This document shows positions 20,708 to 24,000 of a stretch of DNA of 24,000 nucleotides, piece after piece (positions within the stretch are counted from its first letter, which is position 1; every line of letters begins with the position of its first letter). The translations under genes and the position numbers were made by a program. Under the pieces are notes generated by a model. The model searched no databases and had not been told where the DNA came from. It worked only from the letters and a program-made list of their open reading frames with translations. This stretch comes from Micropruina sp. (GTDB taxonomy: Bacteria > Actinomycetota > Actinomycetes > Propionibacteriales > Propionibacteriaceae). The DNA is taken from positions 1,448,585 to 1,472,584 of the forward strand of contig JADJVZ010000011.1 of NCBI GenBank assembly GCA_016716635.1. Direction: 5' to 3'.

Positions 20708-22749
20708 CAGAACATCCGTCCGATTTGGAAGGTCAGCACAGCAAGCGTCCAGGCCACGCTGAGTTGCAGCGCCACCCCGAAGATCGTCCACCGCAACCCG
20801 ATCTCGCGGCGCTGCGCCGCCAGGGTCGCCACGCAGGGGGTGTAGGCGAGCAGGAAGATCAAGAACGCCCAGACCGCCGGCAACGTATGGCCGCCCGAGG
20901 AGGCCGCGAAGTCGATCTTGATCTTGTCGCCCAGCGCCGACGGACCGGTGCCCGAAGGGTCGTCCAACGCGTAGGTCTGCGCCCACGAGGAGATGACGCC
21001 CTCCTTGGCCACGAAGCCGACGGCCAGCGCCGAGGTCGTCTGCCAGGAGGCGAAGCCGGTGGGCTCGAAGACGGGCGTGATGGCCTGGGCGGCCACGCCG
21101 TAGACCGAATCGACCACGGGCACCTTGCCGAACTCGCCGCCGTGCGCGGGGATGGCCTGGAACAACCACACCAGGCACACGGTGGTGACGATGATGCCGG
21201 AGGCGGTCTTGAGGAAGCCCTTCACCCGCACCCAGGTCACGGTCGCCGTCAGCCGCGCGGTCGGCAGTTGGTAGGGCGGCAGATCGATGAGCAGCGGTTC
21301 GGCGCCCATCGTCCGCCACAGGGTACGGCGCAGCGCCAGCCCCACGAGCACCACCAGCACGATCGAGATCACGTACATGGCGAACACGACGGTGCCGGCG
21401 TAGGAGCCGAAGAAGGTGGTGGCGATGAGGACGTAGACGGTCAGGCGCGCGGTGCAGGACGTGAACGGGACGAGCAGCGCCGTCAAGATGCGCTGCCGCG
21501 CACCGCCCAGGATCCGCGTCGCGGCGATGGCCGGCACGTTGCAGCCGAAGCCGACGATGAGCGGCAAGAAGGCGCGTCCGGGAAGCCCAATGCTGCGCAT
21601 CAGGCGATCGGTGACCACGGCGGCGCGGGCCAGGTAGCCCGAATCCTCCAGCAGCGCCAGCAGCAGGAACATCATCGTCATCAACGGGACGAACGTCAGC
21701 AGCATGCCGACGCCAGCGATCAGGCCATCAACGAGGAGCCCCTCGACCCAGGTGCCGCCCAAGCCAATCGCCCCGACGAGCCAGCGTGCCGAATCGGAGA
21801 CCGGACCGGCGAAGAAGTCCCCCAGCACCTCCTGCAGGGGGGCGGCGACGGTCGTGGTGAGTTGGAAGACCAGCCACATCACGCCCAGGAAGATCAGCGG
21901 GCCCAAGACCGGGGCGGTGACGATCCGATCGACCTTGTCCGACCACGAGATGCGGCCCTCGCCGGAGCCTGTTGTGCCGGCGGCAGCGGCGGCTTCGACC
22001 CAGCCGAAGCGTTCGTCCTCGCCTGCCAACTCCGGACCGACGGCCGCGACCTCGTCGGCGTCGATGGTCCGCGGGCGGCGGGCGGGGGCGGGGCCCGCCA
22101 AGGCCACGTCCACCGCCTTAGCAAGGTTGACCAGCCCCGACCGGCGGCGCGGATCAAGCGCGACCACGGGCACCCCGATGCTCTCGGCGAGGGCGTAGGT
22201 GTCGAGTTCGATGCCCTGGGAGGCGGCGATGTCCAGCATGCTGACCGCGACGATCACCCGCAGCGGACGCTCGCGGAGCTGCGCAACGAGGTACAGCGAA
22301 CGGGCCAGGTGCGCGGCGTCCACCAGCACGACCGTGAGGTCGGGTGCCTGGGAGGGATCGTCCATCAGATCGCGCGTCAGGGCCTCATCGGGACTCTCCG
22401 GATCGAGGCTGTAGGCGCCTGGCAGATCAATGACCGTGAGATCGCGCTCGTGGCTGGTGTCCTCGCAGGTGCACTCTTGGCAGTCGCAAGTCTTGCCGTC
22501 CCAGCGGATGCGCCAGGTGCCCTTGGCGACCTCGACAGTGGTGCCGGGCCAGTTGCCCATGGTGACGCGGGCGCCGGTGAGAGCGTTGAACAAGGTGGAC
22601 TTGCCGACGTTCGGGGCACCCACGAGGGCGACCGTGGGGGCGCCGACGACCCCACCATCACCGCCTTCGCTGTGGCAGGAGGGCGCGACCGAGGTCGAAG
22701 CGTCGATGCGCGCGAGGGGCAGCTTGCGAAGGTTCAGTCCCGTGGTCAC
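20704..22749 (-). CDS. feoB: Ferrous iron transport protein B
   Basis: 681 aa. G-domain VALVGAPNVGKSTLFNALTG...GNWPGTTVE...VIDLPGAYSL, then a polytopic membrane domain. The GTG start overlaps the feoA stop (GTGA). It carries an N-terminal extension of about 35 aa and a Cys-rich insertion in the G domain (see findings). Confidence 0.9.
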   Translation of the reverse strand: MTTGLNLRKLPLARIDASTSVAPSCHSEGGDGGVVGAPTVALVGAPNVGKSTLFNALTGARVTMGNWPGTTVEVAKGTWRIRWDGKTCDCQECTCEDTSHERDLTVIDLPGAYSLDPESPDEALTRDLMDDPSQAPDLTVVLVDAAHLARSLYLVAQLRERPLRVIVAVSMLDIAASQGIELDTYALAESIGVPVVALDPRRRSGLVNLAKAVDVALAGPAPARRPRTIDADEVAAVGPELAGEDERFGWVEAAAAAGTTGSGEGRISWSDKVDRIVTAPVLGPLIFLGVMWLVFQLTTTVAAPLQEVLGDFFAGPVSDSARWLVGAIGLGGTWVEGLLVDGLIAGVGMLLTFVPLMTMMFLLLALLEDSGYLARAAVVTDRLMRSIGLPGRAFLPLIVGFGCNVPAIAATRILGGARQRILTALLVPFTSCTARLTVYVLIATTFFGSYAGTVVFAMYVISIVLVVLVGLALRRTLWRTMGAEPLLIDLPPYQLPTARLTATVTWVRVKGFLKTASGIIVTTVCLVWLFQAIPAHGGEFGKVPVVDSVYGVAAQAITPVFEPTGFASWQTTSALAVGFVAKEGVISSWAQTYALDDPSGTGPSALGDKIKIDFAASSGGHTLPAVWAFLIFLLAYTPCVATLAAQRREIGLRWTIFGVALQLSVAWTLAVLTFQIGRMFW

Positions 22750-22973
22750 GCGACCACGACCCGCAGTTGACGCAGCAGCGTTTCGCCGAGAGCCAGGCGC
22801 GACGACCCGAGCGCCACCAGGCGCCCGCCGCCCGTGGTGCGCTGGGCGAGGGTCAGTTGGGCGCCCGGTCGAAGCCCCAACGAGGCTAAGCGGGCCCGCA
22901 TCGCGTCCGGTACTTCCACCAAGGTGAGGGGCACCGAAAGGGGTGCGCTCAACAACGCCATGCGATCATCCAC
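22746..22973 (-). CDS. feoA: FeoA family protein
   Basis: 75 aa. LTLVEVPDAMRARLASLGLRPGAQLTLAQRTTGGGRLVALGSSRLALGETLLRQLRV is the SH3-like FeoA pattern. The alternative start is ATG 22959-22961. Confidence 0.8.
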   Translation of the reverse strand: MDDRMALLSAPLSVPLTLVEVPDAMRARLASLGLRPGAQLTLAQRTTGGGRLVALGSSRLALGETLLRQLRVVVA

Positions 22974-22978
22974 GCGTG

Positions 22979-22997
22979 TAAGGGTAGCCTAACTTGA
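22979..22997. promoter_or_regulatory. Candidate DtxR/IdeR-type iron box upstream of feoABC
   Basis: TAAGGGTAGCCTAACTTGA matches the 19-bp DtxR-type consensus TTAGGTTAGCCTAACCTAA at 15/19 positions in my hand alignment. It ends 5 nt upstream of the feoA ATG at 22973. Confidence 0.35.
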
Positions 22998-23093
22998 ACG
23001 ATTTACGAACCGTCCGCGTTTCGGAAATAGCTCAGCGCTCGATCGCGTCCAACACCATGGCCAAGAGCTCTCCCAGCCACTCGTAGACCTCGA

Positions 23094-23564
23094 TCACAAA
23101 GCCGCACGTGGATCGTCGCGGCGGACGGCCGCCAACGCGGCCTCATCGCCCGGTTGGACGACCCCGAGCCGCGAGGCCAACGTCAACCGCAGGGCGTTCA
23201 ACGTGCGCAGGAGGGCCCCGATGGCCGCCTCGTCGAGCACCACCGGGGGCACGTCGTCCAGCAACGTCCGGACCTGCTGTGCCTCGGTCAACTTGCGGCG
23301 CAAGGCGTCCGACTCGGCGAAACGGCGATACTCGGCGTCGGCCTCGGAATCGATCCGGTAGGCGGGCGGGAACAAGCGCTGGATCACCGGATCGCTGTCG
23401 TCCAATCCCGGACGCTCGAACGTCGGCCAGGGCGCGGCGACGGGCGCGGCCTCTGGCCGCAACAGCTCGATGAACTGGTCCACCAAGGACGCCAGGAGCT
23501 CCATTTCGACGTCGGGCAGGTTGAGTTCGACCTGCCCGCGACGACGGCGGACGCGACGCCTCAC
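23094..23564 (-). CDS. DUF2017 domain protein (conserved ClpS neighbour in actinobacteria)
   Basis: The start is set at GTG 23562-23564, which overlaps the clpS stop TGA 23561-23563 (the track start is 23585). VRRRVRRRRGQVELNLPDVEMELLASLVDQFIELL...LFPPAYRIDSEADAEYRRF...LNALRLTLASRLG. The family call rests on my recollection of the clpS-DUF2017 pairing plus the sequence style. Confidence 0.6.
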   Translation of the reverse strand: MRRRVRRRRGQVELNLPDVEMELLASLVDQFIELLRPEAAPVAAPWPTFERPGLDDSDPVIQRLFPPAYRIDSEADAEYRRFAESDALRRKLTEAQQVRTLLDDVPPVVLDEAAIGALLRTLNALRLTLASRLGVVQPGDEAALAAVRRDDPRAAL

Positions 23565-23869
23565 TGATGCTCCAAGCTGGCCCACAAGCCGTAGGCGTGC
23601 ATGGCCTCCACGTGGCGTTCCATCTCTTCGCGCGACCCCGACGCCACAACCGCTTTGCCCTCGGTATGCACCTGCATCGTCAGGCGCTCGGCGCGCTCGC
23701 GCGGGAACCGGAAGTAGCTCTCAAACACGTGAATGACGTAGCTGAACAAGTTGACCGGATCGTCCCAGACGATCGTGACCCAGGGCACAGTCGCGGCTGG
23801 CGCCTCGGCTGCGCGCTCGGCGACCATGGTGTCCCCGCGGGGCCCGGTCGGCGTCTCTGGGACTGTCAT
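23561..23869 (-). CDS. clpS: ATP-dependent Clp protease adaptor ClpS
   Basis: PWVTIVWDDPVNLFSYVIHVFESYFRFPRERAERLTMQVHTEGKAVVASGSREEMERHVEAMHAYGLWASLE is the canonical ClpS core. The N-terminal start is uncertain (ATG 23869 or 23827). Confidence 0.9.
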   Translation of the reverse strand: MTVPETPTGPRGDTMVAERAAEAPAATVPWVTIVWDDPVNLFSYVIHVFESYFRFPRERAERLTMQVHTEGKAVVASGSREEMERHVEAMHAYGLWASLEHQ

Positions 23870-23909
23870 TCCTCCATTCTCGCATCCGGCCGACCGCTAC
23901 GCTCAGCCC

Positions 23910-24000
23910 GTGCAGAAGTCGACGGCCTTCCTGACCGACCATTACGAGCTGACGATGGTCCGCGCGGCCCTCGGCAGCGGCACCGCGCGGCGCCGCTCCG
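23910..24000 (+). CDS. pncB: Nicotinate phosphoribosyltransferase, first 30 codons (continues past the right edge)
   Basis: My translation from GTG 23910 reads VQKSTAFLTDHYELTMVRAALGSGTARRRS. The LTD.YELTM...AL..G motif is typical of PncB N-termini. Divergent from clpS, as in other actinobacteria. Not in the ORF track. Confidence 0.6.
   Translation, partial: MQKSTAFLTDHYELTMVRAALGSGTARRRS

Noticed and set aside
20197-22770. 857-aa plus-strand ORF, the longest in the track
   Set aside because: It is exactly antisense to feoB/feoC. Its product is Arg/Gly/Asp/Pro-rich low complexity with no motifs, whereas the minus strand encodes an unmistakable FeoB. This is a typical high-GC antisense open frame.
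1-24000. CRISPR arrays, IS elements/transposases, integrases, rRNA genes
   Set aside because: I scanned both strands and all track ORFs. I found no direct-repeat/spacer periodicity, no transposase-, integrase- or recombinase-like translations, no terminal inverted repeats and no rRNA-like sequence.

Overview
High-GC (about 68-72% by hand count) actinobacterial chromosomal window, densely coded. At least 13 gene junctions are 4-nt ATGA/GTGA overlaps, and I used these to fix start codons. Many long ORFs in the track are antisense or read-through artefacts of the high GC.

Contents, left to right:
- 1-4232, minus strand: the 5' part of a contractile-injection-system (phage-tail-like, eCIS/tailocin-type) operon. 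It holds a DUF4255-like cap candidate, sheath, tube, a proline-rich ORF at the tape-measure position, a LysM tube-like protein and a gpD/VgrG-like hub that runs off the left edge. An AT-richer 190-bp leader precedes it.
- 4424-7443: a PCD-VOC fusion gene, tRNA-Leu(TAG), a transglutaminase-like plus NRDE/TANGO2-like gene pair, and a divergent DyP peroxidase.
- 7498-8711: a TetR regulator divergent from a RibD_C-type DHFR-family gene.
- 8771-15843: a nucleotide-hygiene string, rph-rdgB-thyA-(alpha/beta hydrolase) ... folA-dinB, with a divergent mug. Between thyA and folA it is interrupted by a lower-GC, opposite-strand two-gene module: an unknown 202-aa protein overlapping an XRE-ImmA/IrrE peptidase fusion. 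I rate this the best candidate for an uncharacterised system.
- 15829-19463: a HAD hydrolase, a small Cys-rich protein coupled to a rhodanese lipoprotein behind a perfect palindrome, a DUF402 protein, and a lower-GC lipoprotein plus secreted-protein pair.
- 19571-20388: murI interrupted by a 1-nt frameshift.
- 20399-24000: feoABC with a DtxR/IdeR-like box, then DUF2017, clpS and the start of pncB.

I saw no rRNA, CRISPR array, IS element or integrase. The backbone synteny (pncB | clpS-DUF2017 ... murI ... rph-rdgB) matches what I recall for the mycobacterial Rv1330c-Rv1341 region. All functional calls come from reading the translated sequences for motifs; no database search was run.
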